Of a stretch of 64,000 nt of DNA, positions 12,428 through 23,599 are shown piece after piece; the first letter of the stretch is position 1, and each line of letters starts with the position of its first letter. This DNA comes from Chiloscyllium plagiosum (taxonomy: Eukaryota), in NCBI RefSeq assembly GCF_004010195.1, contig NC_057719.1, forward strand, positions 82,985,324-83,049,323, in the 5' to 3' direction. Under the pieces are notes generated by a model that was given only the letters and a program-made list of their open reading frames with translations, made no database searches and had not been told where the DNA came from. Position numbers and translations under genes: made by a program.

Positions 12428-12608
12428 CAATTTGGAGACACCAGTGTTGGACTGGGGTGTACAAAGTTAAAAATCACACAATGCCAGATTATAGTCCAAC
12501 AGGTTTATTTGGAAGCACTAGCTTTCAGAGCACTGCTCCTTCATCAGGTGATTGGGGAGAATAAGTTTATAAGACACAGAGTTCATAGCAAAATTTATAG
12601 CAAAAATT
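12428..12608 (-). mobile_element. Penelope terminal fragment, family B
   Basis: Same family as 31990-32185 and 61293-61507; flanking cccaacaaca repeat. Confidence 0.7.
12516..12550 (-). ncRNA. Minimal type I hammerhead ribozyme motif
   Basis: Minus strand CAC-CUGAUGA-A-GGAGC-AGU-GCUCU-GAA-AGCU-A-GUG: intact core, stem II, palindromic AGCU in place of stem III, stem I CAC/GUG. Confidence 0.7.
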
Positions 12609-14034
12609 CCCAACAACATAGGCTCTTAATTTATTAAACAGTCTGGTGTGCAATACCACTGCTTTCCCTTTATCTGCTCTGCTTAATACCTCCTCAAAGA
12701 ACTGTGATAAATCTATCAGGCACTATTTCCCCTTCATAAAGCCATGCTGATCCTGCCTCATGATACAATGTATTTCTAGTTGCTCTGCTATTCCATCCTT
12801 AATGATAGACTGCATCATTTTCTTAATCATAGATGTTAAGCTAAATGGCTTGTAGATATATGCTTTTTTTAAAATTTCTCTTCCTTTTTGAATAAGGGTG
12901 CTACATTTTTCAGATGGTTTCCAGTCCTCTGGGACTTTTCCAGAAACTAAGAGTTCTTGGAAGATTATGACTGGTGTATCCACTACCTCTGTAGCTACTT
13001 CCTTTCATTCTTGGGATATGTCCCATCAGGTCAAGAGCATAATTGACTTTTAATCCAACTAGTTTCCCTAGTACTTTTCTCCATACTTGTTCTGCAGTGA
13101 TGGTAATTGTATCTATTTCCTTGTCCTCCCCCCCACCCCCACCTGCCCCACCTTGATTAGTTAGTAGGATTGGAATGCTGTTATTATCATCTATCATGAA
13201 GATTTATGCAATGTGTTTAATCCTCTGCCATTTCCTGATACCCCATTATTATTTCCCAGCCTCATTCTCTAAGGGACCTACATTCACTTTGGCCTCTTTC
13301 TTCCTTATACGTTTAAAGTAGCTCTTAATGTGTGGATCGGATACATATTGAAAGATTGCAGGAACTTGAATCAAAACCTATCTTTGAAGGAACCAGCACA
13401 GACTTGATGAGGATCGACTGGCCTCCTTCTATTCTCTGGTCCTGTGATCCTAGCTCTCGAGAATTGTCAGGATGGCTGGAAATTAATGGACACCATCCTG
13501 GGGAAAAAAAAAAGCGAGAGATGAAGGCAATGGACAGGGTTAGAAAAACGTGGAGTCTCCATTTTGAATTGGGAATGGATACTAAAGTGTACATCCCATA
13601 TTTGGGAATGACATTGTCTGAGCACCGTAGAAACTCGTTCCAGGAAAGGAATTAATTAAAAATGAATAAGGAGAAGCGTTGTGGAAATCCAGGTTGGTGG
13701 GATATGAATATTGCTGAAAAAAGACAGTGCGAACATTGGCTTCCCCTTAAATTGGTTTTCTTGCAAATTGTCCTGACGAATGCAAGACAAAAAATCTTCA
13801 TCAAATTTCAGCTATACTCAACTCGTGTGTACCAAATGACTATGTTAGTGATTTAGGGGAGGATACAGTTGTGTGCTTGGGCTAACAATCCAGGAACCCA
13901 AGCTAAAATTCTGAAAACAGAGACTTCAATCCCAACCCCAGCACATTCACTTAAATTTAAATTCAGTTCTGGAATTAGAATGTTTATATTAAAAATGTTA
14001 GCGCAAAACTGTGGTTGGTTGTTGTAAAAACCCA

Positions 14035-14160
14035 GAGAAAGTGAGGACTGCCAGGTGCTGGAGATCAGAGTTGAGAGTGTGGTGCTGGAAAAGCACAGCC
14101 AGTCAGACAGCATCTGAGGAGCAGGAAAATCGACGTTTTGGGTATAAGCCCTTCATCGGT
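14035..14160 (-). mobile_element. Penelope terminal fragment, family A (hammerhead core mutated)
   Basis: gagaaagtgaggactgc...gctggaaaagcacagc...cgacgttttgggtataagcccttcatcgg. Confidence 0.7.
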
Positions 14161-15169
14161 TTCCTCACGACTGTTGTTAAAATCCCAACTGGTTCACTTT
14201 AAGCCCTTTAATGAAGGGTGGCTGTCATCAATATCTGACCTATATGTGACTCCAGCCCCACAGCAATGTGGTTGACTCTTAACCATCATCTGAAATTGCC
14301 AAGTAAATCACTCATTGCAATTAGGGATGGGGAAACAAGTGCTGGCCTTACCTGCGATATCCATATCCCATGAAAGAATTAAGGAAAGATTTCTACGTGT
14401 GTAGAAGTGGGGGTAAGCCATCACTGTTTGGGCATGTTCGTATATCTGTACTAGTGCCAGTATCTCAGCTGTGGTTTCAGAACTGTGCCAAGTGGTGGCA
14501 TGTACAGGCCTTTGAGTCTGCAGCCTAGATCTGGCACCACCTCTATAGTAAGAGATTTTTAACAGGGACGTGCAAGCCACTGTACATGAGTCAAAGGCTG
14601 CATTGGCACACCGGGGTATGGCACTGTCTGTGTGGATGAGGGGGGGGGGGGAATGACATGTCAATCCTGCAGCGAGTTGGATTTTGCTTCTCAGGAGCTG
14701 GTCCCCAGTGGCAAAGAGACAGTCATGTTGGAGTTAGAGAGGAATTGGAGCTTGGTGCACAATCTGAAGACTTGTTTGGTGGGGGGGGGGGGGTGTTCCT
14801 TACACCAGTAGTGATGGAGGTGGTTTCGCTCCATTGACACATGGTCTGTTTCTCTCATGCCTCCAAGTGCACCCTCATAAGGAATGCAGGCTACTTCTAT
14901 GATGAATCATTGTTGGTGATACATCATTGTGATGTTGCAGAAGGGAATGATATACGTAGCATTCTATTGGGATACTACAGTTGAATGGAGAAGGCAGGAG
15001 GGAAGAAAGGTGGTAGTTTATATACACTTTCCTCTGAATTGATACTGCAAAAGTATTGACTGTATATCTGTTGTCTGCCAGTACTACGTGCTGGACAATG
15101 TCCAATGAGCTCAATAACCCAAACTCATTTTCCACCATAGGTGATAGTGTGGAGTCAAACTTTACGATA

Positions 15170-15830
15170 TCTGGATTAACAGCAGGAGTAGGCCATTCAG
15201 CCCACTGAGTCTGCACCACTATTCGATCATGGCTGATTGGTTTCTCAATCCCATTCTCCTGCCTTCTCCCTGTAATCCTTGATCCCCTTAGCAATCAAGA
15301 ACCCATCTCTGTCTTAAATACACTGAATGGCTTGGCCTCCGCAGTCTTCAGCGAAAATGAGTTCCACAGACTCACCATCCTCTGGCTGAAGAAATTCCTG
15401 CTCATCTCAGTGCTAAACGGCCGTCCCTTCCCTCTCGAGCTGTGCCCTCAGCTCCTACCCTCTCCTACTAGTGGAAACATCTGCTCCATGTCCACTCTAT
15501 TCAGGCTCCTCAGTACTCTGTAAATTTCGATTGGATTTCCCCCATACCCTTCCAAACTCCATTGTGTACAGATCTAGAGTTGTCAACCCCACCTCATACA
15601 ACAAGCCTTTCATTTCTGGGATCAGTCCTGTAAACCTCCTCTCGACTCCCTCCAATGCCGACACATCTTTCTTTAGATAGAGGGTCCAAAACTGCTCACA
15701 ATATTGCAAAGGCGGTCTGACCAGAACCTTATACAGCCTCAATCATGGATCCCTGCTCTTGTATTCTAGCCCTCTTGAATATGTCTCTATTCTTCTAACC
15801 TCACACTTTTCCACATTGTATTCCTGCTGC
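15170..15830 (-). mobile_element. CR1 LINE 3' fragment
   Basis: RLYKVLVRPPLQYCEQFW..LKKDV.ALEGVERRFT. Confidence 0.88.
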
Positions 15831-16169
15831 TACTTTCAATTCCATTACTTCATAAGCACAGCAGCAGTCATTTCCATGAATGCCCTGCCCTGCCCCGTCC
15901 TGTCACAGTGGTGACTCCTTATATTTTCTGAAACTTCCTACCTTGGTGTTTGGACTGCCCCTGCCTCCCTTTTGTGGCTTTGCTTATTTTTTTTTCTCTC
16001 TCTCTCTCTCTCTCTCTCTCCGTTTTCACTGTGCTAATCATGCTCTTCCAACATCCCTCCATTTGCGTTTCGCTTTTAGTCCCAATCCCATTCTTTTCCT
16101 TAAACGCAATTGTACCATCCTGGTGATGGTTTTCTGAGTTTTGTTTCAGAATAAATCTCTTCTCTTTCC

Positions 16170-16525
16170 CAAACGAACCAACGTGATGTGAAAAGTGGTG
16201 GAGGTTGGTACAATTACAACATTTAGAACATAGAACAATACAGCGCAGCACAGGCCCTTCAGCCCTCACTGTTGCGCCGACCTGTGAACTAACCTAAGCT
16301 CATCCCTCTACACTATCCCATCATCATCCATGTGCTTATCCAAGGATTGTTTAAATCTCCCTAATGTGGCTTAAAAGGCATCTAGAGGGGTACATGAATA
16401 GGAAGGGTTCAGAAGGATATAGGCCAAATGCTGGCAAATGGGACGAGATTAAATTAGGATATCTGGTCAGCATGGATGAGTTGGACCGAAGGGTCTGTTT
16501 ACATGCTGTACGTCTCTATGCCTCT
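16170..16525 (+). mobile_element. CR1/HER1 3' end with nested short antisense LINE tail (~16225-16370)
   Basis: gtggtggaggttggtacaattacaacattt...ggaccgaagggtctgttt, interrupted by agaacatagaacaatacagc. Confidence 0.75.
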
Positions 16526-16875
16526 TGCACAGTAACATAACCACTTGAATATTGTATCCTAAAAATATGTGACTGTGCTCTCTGTCCTAGTCATTGCGAT
16601 ATAGAACTACTCATTAGATCTGTCCAGCCTGAGGAGATGAATATTTCATTTAAGTGCTGGCTGCGGTGACTGACTTTGAAGCAGTTTCTCTCCAGTTACT
16701 TAGATGATTGGATAGGCAACATAAAATTGTCCCTGATTTACCATTGATTAATGTTAAATTGCGGGTCTCCTGAGAGAGATAATTAGGACGGTTATTTTAT
16801 CAGAGAAGGCTCCCATTTATTTTGTGGCAGCATTTTACTGGGAGTGGGTGGAACTGCGCCATTAGCTAAATTAAA

Positions 16876-16910
16876 GGACCTTTGACCTCGACATGACCTG
16901 GGAGTGACCG
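16876..16910 (-). promoter_or_regulatory. Array of four nuclear-receptor half-sites (DR5+DR5+DR1)
   Basis: Plus strand ggacct-t-tgacct-cgaca-tgacct-gggag-tgaccg, in non-repeat intronic DNA. Confidence 0.45.
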
Positions 16911-17329
16911 GATGAGATCCACCAAGGTTTCACTCTGCATTTGGTCTGTCTGATTTGGAAATGCTGGACAAGTCAGCCTTGAAGGTGGTCCGCTCTGTGC
17001 TGTGCTTGCTGGGGCAACCAGATTTTAATTCAGAATAATTCCCTTTCTAACCCACACACTAATCACCATCGGAGCATTTGACATGAGGTTATGTCCGTCA
17101 TCCTGTTTTGAACTAAGGTATACCCTGTATTGTTTCCAACTAAGCTTGCGTTAGACGCACTGTGTAGTAGTGGCAGTGTCACTGGGCTAGTAACCCCAAG
17201 ATCCAGCCCACTGCTCTGGCAGGCTGAGAGTTCAGATCTCACCACGGCAATTGGAATTCAAGAATAAAATATGGAATGGGAGAGAGGGTGGACAAAAGGG
17301 AAAAAAAAACTTGCCTAATTATAACCATT

Positions 17330-17498
17330 CAGCATCCAAGGAGCAGGAGAATCGACATTTCAGGCATGAGCCCTTCTTCAGGAATCATGCCCGAAATGTC
17401 GATTCTCCTGCTCCTTGGATGCTGCCTGACCTGCTGCGCTTTTCCAGCAACACATTTTCAGCTCTGATCTCCAGCATCTGCAGTCCTCACTTTATCCT
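17330..17498. mobile_element. Penelope-derived palindromic element, family A
   Basis: Inverted arms; TSD ctaattataa(c/t)catt at 17315-17329 and 17499-17513; minus-strand CUGAAGA...GAAA core. Confidence 0.8.
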
Positions 17499-17849
17499 CT
17501 AATTATAATCATTGTCAGTTCTCACTAAAAACTCATTTCATTCATTAACGTTCTTCAGGGAAGGAAATCTGCCATCTTTATGTGGTCTGGCCTACACATG
17601 ACTCCAGACCCACAGCACTGACTCTTACCTGACCTCTGAAATGGTCCTAACAAACCACTCAGGTTAATGGCAATTAAGGATGCCTCAACCAGCAACACCT
17701 TGCATCCCGTGAATCAATTAAAACAAGATCATTCTGATCCAATAAAAGCCACCCTCCTTTCACGAATCTCCATTTTGATCCCATCCACCTTTAAAGAGAC
17801 ATCCTCCATCTATTAATCTCCACGATTTGTTGACCAATAATAACTGATA

Positions 17850-18066
17850 CTGAAAATGTGTTGCTGGAAAAGCGCAGCAGGTCAGGCAGCATCCAGGGAA
17901 CAGGAGAATCGACGTTTCGGGCATAAGCCCGAATTCCTGAAGAAGAGCTTATGCCCGAAACGTCGATTCTTCTGTTCCCTGGATGCTGCCTGACCTGCTG
18001 CGCTTTTCCAGCAACACATTTTCAGCTCTGATCTCCAGCATCTGCAGACCTCACTTTCTCCTCAAA
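17850..18066. mobile_element. Penelope-derived palindromic element, family A
   Basis: Near-perfect ~80-bp inverted arms; TSD aataactgata at 17839-17849 and 18067-18077; plus-strand ctgaagaagagcttatgcccgaaacgtc. Confidence 0.85.
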
Positions 18067-18112
18067 AATAACTGATATTGAAAACGCAAAACTATCTGCA
18101 CTTGAAATCTTG

Positions 18113-18210
18113 GGCCAAGCTCAGAGTGGTGCTGGAAAAGCACAGCAGGTCAGGCACCATCCGAGGAGCAGGAGAATCGATGTTTCGGGCAGGACCCCTT
18201 CATCGGGAAA
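18113..18210 (-). mobile_element. Penelope terminal fragment, family A
   Basis: 17-bp TSD ctgcacttgaaatcttg at 18096-18112 and 18211-18227. Confidence 0.8.
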
Positions 18211-18703
18211 CTGCACTTGAAATCTTGTCAGGAAAATAAAAGCCGGCTGTGCAAAAGATGCAGGTTTAATGTCCCTCCACTCTGTTTGAAAGTTCCATCA
18301 TCTGAACGTAAACACGGTTTCTCTCTCTCTCTCACAAATGCTGTGCACTTGGTCGAACTGAGTGTGCATTAACCAATCGGTCTGTGCCAGGATAATATAA
18401 AGAGGGGCTGAATGAATTTCAATGCGGCTCAGAAATAAGAAGCCCTTTGAGAAGTGGAAATGCTGCAGGGCTTTGTGAATAATGCCCACGTAGTTTCCAA
18501 GGAGACTGCATGAACGGGGCAGTCACGTGAAGCCCGTTTGCTAATTAGACACTGGAGCAGGGCATTGTGTTCCACACGGAACTTCGTTTGAGCTGAGTTC
18601 AGTCGGAGTTGCTCACGTGTCTTTTATAGTGTGCTGTATTGATGGCTTTTAAAGGGAGTGATTGCAACAAAGAATAATGCAAGGCTTTGTGTCACGGTCG
18701 CAG

Positions 18704-18844
18704 GAGATCACAATCAGTTTGGGAACTCAAAGCTGCCCTCCACCCCTTCGGTCCCTGGGAGAGACAATCATTTCGTGTGTGCTAACTGCCAGCGGCCTGA
18801 GTCCTTGGAGCATGCCTGATGGGTCTGTTCACTCGGCAGCCAAG
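18704..18844 (+). pseudogene. Putative decayed pseudo-exon: second half of TYRO3 FNIII domain 2
   Basis: Follows cag at 18701-18703. Frames read EITISL / ELKAALHPFGPWERQSFRVC / CVLTASGLSPWSMP / VCSLGSQG, matching the remembered human DELTVEGTRANLTGWDPQKDLIVRVCVSNAVGCGPWSQPLVVSSHDRAG only with several frameshifts. The donor position reads caag|gcttct. Confidence 0.6.
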
Positions 18845-19979
18845 GCTTCTCTCATGGGCTTGGCCGAACCTATACATGTGTCACACTGCAACTTTGTCGG
18901 ATTTTGTTTTTCCCCTCTGGTCCTCCCACATACAGTCACGAGGCCTTCCAGGACCTGAGTGTGTTGCTGAATAAAAAGAATATTTCTGAGAGATTTTTTT
19001 TTTCCAATCAGTTCAGACAATCGGGGTTATGGGGAAAAGACAGGAAAGTGGATCACCAGACCAACTGTGATCTCGTTGAGCAGTGGAACAGAGGCTCCTG
19101 CGTCAAAGTTTTATCGTCGTACGTCAATCTGGGCAATTTGCAAGAATATCAATCAAGTTTAAATGTTGGTTTCCCCGTTTATGGATATTCTTGCAGATTG
19201 TCCAGATGAGTGGAAGATGAAAAGCTTTGACAAAATACGGTCCTTCTCAACTATGACCCCACATCACTGAAGTCCCTCTAACTTGCTATTTGAGGCAACT
19301 TCCAGTGTTCTCTTTCCAAAGCCTTGCTATCCTTCCTGAAACACAGGCACAAAACTGCAGCTGAGGTTAGTTAATCTTCAGTGCTACATCCTCACACTAG
19401 AAGTTAGTGTCACTACCTCCTTTTCTGATGTCTGAGGAGGGGTAAGGCAATTCCAAGCAATGCAATGGTGCCTTAAATAAGTGACCACACGGTGTGACAA
19501 CAGGTGAACATCCCAGGCTGTTGAATCATGAGGTGCATCACGGTTTGATCAAACAGGTCCTAATGTTGCGTCTGTGCATGCAGAGATGATTCCATAAGGA
19601 TGCAGGATGTTCCGGAGCAAGCCCTGACTGATTGATTCACATCCCCACCTCCCATATCTCGGTAAATCCAGAACTTTAAATTTGCCCTAGAAATCCTGAT
19701 CAGGGTCGATTTCTGACCCTCGTTCCCATTGCACAATACCCACTCGCCTTTAGGTGACTTCCTGGTCAGAGGCGACCTGTTACAAACGGATTCAATAATC
19801 CTCAAAGCCAGCAGCAGCGATCATCAACAGATGATAAGGTGCCCCCTATCATTCTGAAGTTTAAACATCCTGCAGATGCTCTGTAAACTGTTATGAAGTT
19901 TTACATGAGGTCCATGTGGGGTCATATGGGAGGTGGGAAGGAAGGGTAAGGGGACACTTGGGTGTACGAAATGATGCCT

Positions 19980-20330
19980 GATGGGGGAGGGTGGAGAGTG
20001 CTGGGTTGGTGAGTAGGGTACCAGCAGTGTGAGTAAGGGCTGCCAAGGTGAGTAATGGTGGATTAGGTGAGAGGGGAGTGCCAGGTGAGTCAGGTGGGAG
20101 TGCCAGTTGAGAGGGGTAGGGTATCAGGTATGTAGGGTGCCAGGTGAGTTGTCAGAGCACAGGGTAGGTTGGGGGATGGGTCCATCAGGGTCAGGTCTGG
20201 TCAATGGAGGAGAGCGAGGGTAACTGTTGGGTCTGGCAGGGAGGTAGTCAGATGATTGGTTGGTTTGGCAAATTTGGTTCAGTGGGTGCTGATGTCAGGT
20301 CGGGGTCTGGTCTAAGTTAGATCTCACATG
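19980..20330. repeat. G-rich degenerate repeat (gggtgccaggtgagt-like)
   Basis: Recurrent ggtgagt/caggtg units and G-runs. Confidence 0.7.
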
Positions 20331-20480
20331 GAGACATCCAGATGGGATAGGATCAGGGTTACACCCGTAGTCTACACTGCTGCAACATCTATCAGGCAAT
20401 CAGACTATCAGGGCTATTACACTATGCTTTAAGTTACTCAGAACATATTGGGAAACAAATGTGGCTTCAGGAGTTCAGAT

Positions 20481-20722
20481 GGATACCTGGGAGTGAGTTA
20501 CTGATTGGAATTTAATTGAAGGGTTCAGATGGTTTATATATAGAACAGTGGATACCTGGGAGTGAATTACTGACTGGAATTTAATCGAGGGGTTCGGGTG
20601 GTTTATATATAGAACAGTGGATACCTGGGAGTGAATTCCTGACTGGAATTTAATCGAGGGGTTTGGGTGGTTTATATATAGAATAATGTATACCCAGGGG
20701 TTACAGCCTGGAATCTAACTGA
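20481..20722. repeat. 69-bp satellite-like tandem repeat, ~3.5 copies
   Basis: ggatacctgggagtga...gtttatatatagaacagt, starting at 20481, 20550, 20619 and ~20688. Confidence 0.92.
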
Positions 20723-22269
20723 ACCCAAGATAATGGTATTGACCGCTCCTTTAAAGTACTAGAGTGTTTTAGAGATATCTGTATGGTGAGAATTGTAAAT
20801 GATATTAATCTGTGATACTGTCAGTCCAGTTCCTGGCAGATAGAGCTTGGCAGATCGAAACTGCTCCACTATTTGGCATTAAATTCCAACGCTGCAGCAA
20901 GAAGCCATTGGAGAATTATTCTGAGCAATTGAAATGCAGTTGCCTGCAGGAGAGATGTTGGGCTGAATTACTTTGTTGGCTTAGCGATAAGGGAGCTTTG
21001 CCATCTGGAACAGTTTAATGTTGACACTGGTATTTGTAGGAAGGGTGCAGCTCTGACATTGGGTTGGGGAGCACAAAATGCCTTTCTCGTTGCAAGAAGT
21101 TGGAGCTAAGCTTCTCTTTGAAAGTCTTTTGGGGAGGGCGTGCTGTGGTTGAACTATGATGCGTGTGTATTCGACTCTCAGCATGAACCTTCATTCTTCG
21201 TGATGGAGAGGGAGCAGCGATTCACCGAGGTGGAACGAGCTATTTCTCAGCTTCATCGTCTCTGCTCAGAGTGTTGCCCTGCATGTGGTTTACATCGCTT
21301 ACTGGTCCCCTGGAATAGAGAAAGGAGGGTGTTTGAGGCATTTATTGAATAATATGTGTCAGTGTAACTGTATCGCCAATGCTCATCATTCCCAAATACT
21401 GCTTATCATGAACTTCACAGCTTTCCCTATCCTTCTCAATTTCTTTGCCTCTCTCTTTTATTGCCTGTGTTTGCCATTCTCTCATTTTTCTCTTTATCTG
21501 TGTAGGTTTCCTCTTTATGTTAGCATGTCTCCTTTCCCCTTTGTGCCTATCTTTCTCTCTAATCTGTGCTGTGTATGTCTTTCTCACTCTCCTCCTCCTG
21601 AGTTCTCTCTGTGTTGGTTTTACACTCTCGATTTGGCTGCCTGTTCTCTCGTTCCACTGTCACTGCCCTCAGCTGTCTCCCACACTCTGAGCACCACCTT
21701 CAATGCCCTCGCCCCCGTTAACACCGTTAACCGTTCTCAGCCGCATCCCAGCACCCCGAGACCTTCGCAGACTTGGCAAACAGTTTTAATTGGACAGATC
21801 ACGAGCTGAGCCGACCAAACCACTACCTGGTCCAAGTCTTCCCTTCCAAACCTACTCCTGATTATAGCATCATCCTGCAGTGTAAAGATAACCCCCTCAA
21901 CCCCCTCCCCTGCTGCCCTCAGCCTATTCTCTCTCCTGCAAATTGTTTTTCTCACTTTTCCTTTTAGATTTACATTTCGGTTTTATTGTCACACACTAGC
22001 ACTATCATGTAGAAGGACACATCTCCATGTTTGTGTTCCCCTTTTGCCCTAATGGTGGAAACTGAACACAGTGCTCAAATTAACCAAAATACGTTACATC
22101 TTAGGGGTAAAAGAATGGAGAATTGGAGATCCCATAGGCATTGGGAGAATGGGGATAGATCATAGTTCACTGTAAAGCTTTCCACCAAACGGCAAGGTCC
22201 AGATTCAAATGCAAGTGAACTGGCACTATACCCTAACTATTACCAGTCAATGGGCCAAGTTTCCTTTTC

Positions 22270-22810
22270 ATCCTTGGAATATTGTGAGCAATTCTGGTCT
22301 CCTTCCTATCGGAAGGATGTTGTGAAATTTGAAAGGTTGCAGAAAAGATTTACAAACATGTTGCCAGGATTGGAGGGTTTCAGTTACAGGGAGAGGCTGA
22401 ACAGGCTGGGGCTGTTTTCCCTGGAGTGTCGGAGGCTAAGGGGTGACCTTATAGAGGTTTACGAAATCATGAGGGACATGGATAGGATAAATAGACAAAG
22501 TCTTTTCCCTGGGGTGGGGGAGTCGTGAACGAGAGGGCATAGGTTTAGGGTGAGAGGGGAAAGACATAAAAGGGGCAACTTTTTCACAGAGAGTGGTATG
22601 TGTATGGAATGAGCTGCCAGAGGAAGTGGTGGAGGCTGGTACAATTGCAACATTTAAAAGGCATCTGGATGGGTATATGAATAGGAAGGGTTTAGAGGGA
22701 TATGGGCCGGGTGCTGGCAGGTGGGACTAGATTAGGTTGGGATACCTGGTCAGCATGGATGAGTTGGACCGAAGGGTCTGTTTCCATGCTGTACATCTCT
22801 ACGACTCTAT
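22270..22810 (+). mobile_element. CR1/HER1 LINE 3' fragment
   Basis: LEYCEQFWSPSYRKDVVKFERLQKRFTNMLPGL...RRLRGDLIEVY. Confidence 0.92.
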
Positions 22811-23010
22811 TCTTGGACTTGCATCTTTCTCCCTGTTCCCCCGTCACTCGTGCCCACTCTGAGCTCATCTTGTCTATGTAACCCATCTCCTGCATCCGCA
22901 CGACCCCTGAGATGCAACCTGTCCAACTTCCCTCCCTGGTCCTCACCTCATTATTAATGACTCTCCCCTCCTCAGGCTCTGCACCTTTAAAGCTCTGACC
23001 TCATCCCACT

Positions 23011-23365
23011 CTTTGAAATACCCACTCCACCTTTGAAATACCCACTCCACCTTTGAAATACCCACCCTTGGCAAACTCATCCAACCTCTTCCATCGGGTG
23101 GAAGACGCAAAAACATAAACACGCATACCAACAGATTCATGAACAACTTCTTCCCCGCTGTTATTAGATATCCGAATGGACCTCTCAAATTTTAAATCTA
23201 ATATTGATGTCACTCTTTGTGTGCTTTCTCTGCAGCTGTAGCATTGTATTCCTCACTCTGTGCTATTACCCTCATGCACTTTGCATGATATGATTGGCTG
23301 TTCTGCACGCAAAACCAACCTTTTCACTGTACCTAGGTACATGTGACAATAATAAAGCAAATCAC
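23011..23365 (+). mobile_element. Rex1/Babar-like LINE 3' end preceded by a 20-bp tandem repeat
   Basis: ctttgaaatacccactccac x2.7; accaacagattcatgaacaacttcttccccgctgttattaga (RF.N.FFPAVIR); tail catgtgacaataataaagcaaatca. Confidence 0.7.
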
Positions 23366-23599
23366 ATCACTCCCCCCCCCCCCCCATGTGAATTTGGTCA
23401 CTGTTGCCACCATGTTGTATAAAGAGGTCAGCACCCAGGTGAGTGGTCATGAACAGCCTGTACTGAACATAACTGCACAGAAGAGATGGTTACCTTACAA
23501 ACTTGGCTGGCAGTTTCATGCGATCTGATGTCCCAGTGGAATAGCTCCGGAGCCATGTGCTGAGCAGTTATTTTTTAATAGGTAAGCCTTTACTCTGTT

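Larger units (their letters stand above)
11270..13330 (-). mobile_element. Older CR1 LINE ORF2 remnant with nested insertions
   Basis: WQPVTSGVSQGSVLGL, GKVPEDWK and QHGFMKGK peptides. Confidence 0.85.

Noticed and set aside
21182..21330. Possible missing TYRO3 exon after ctctcag
   Set aside because: The open frame (HEPSFFVMEREQRF...) has no FNIII features, and the other frames stop immediately.
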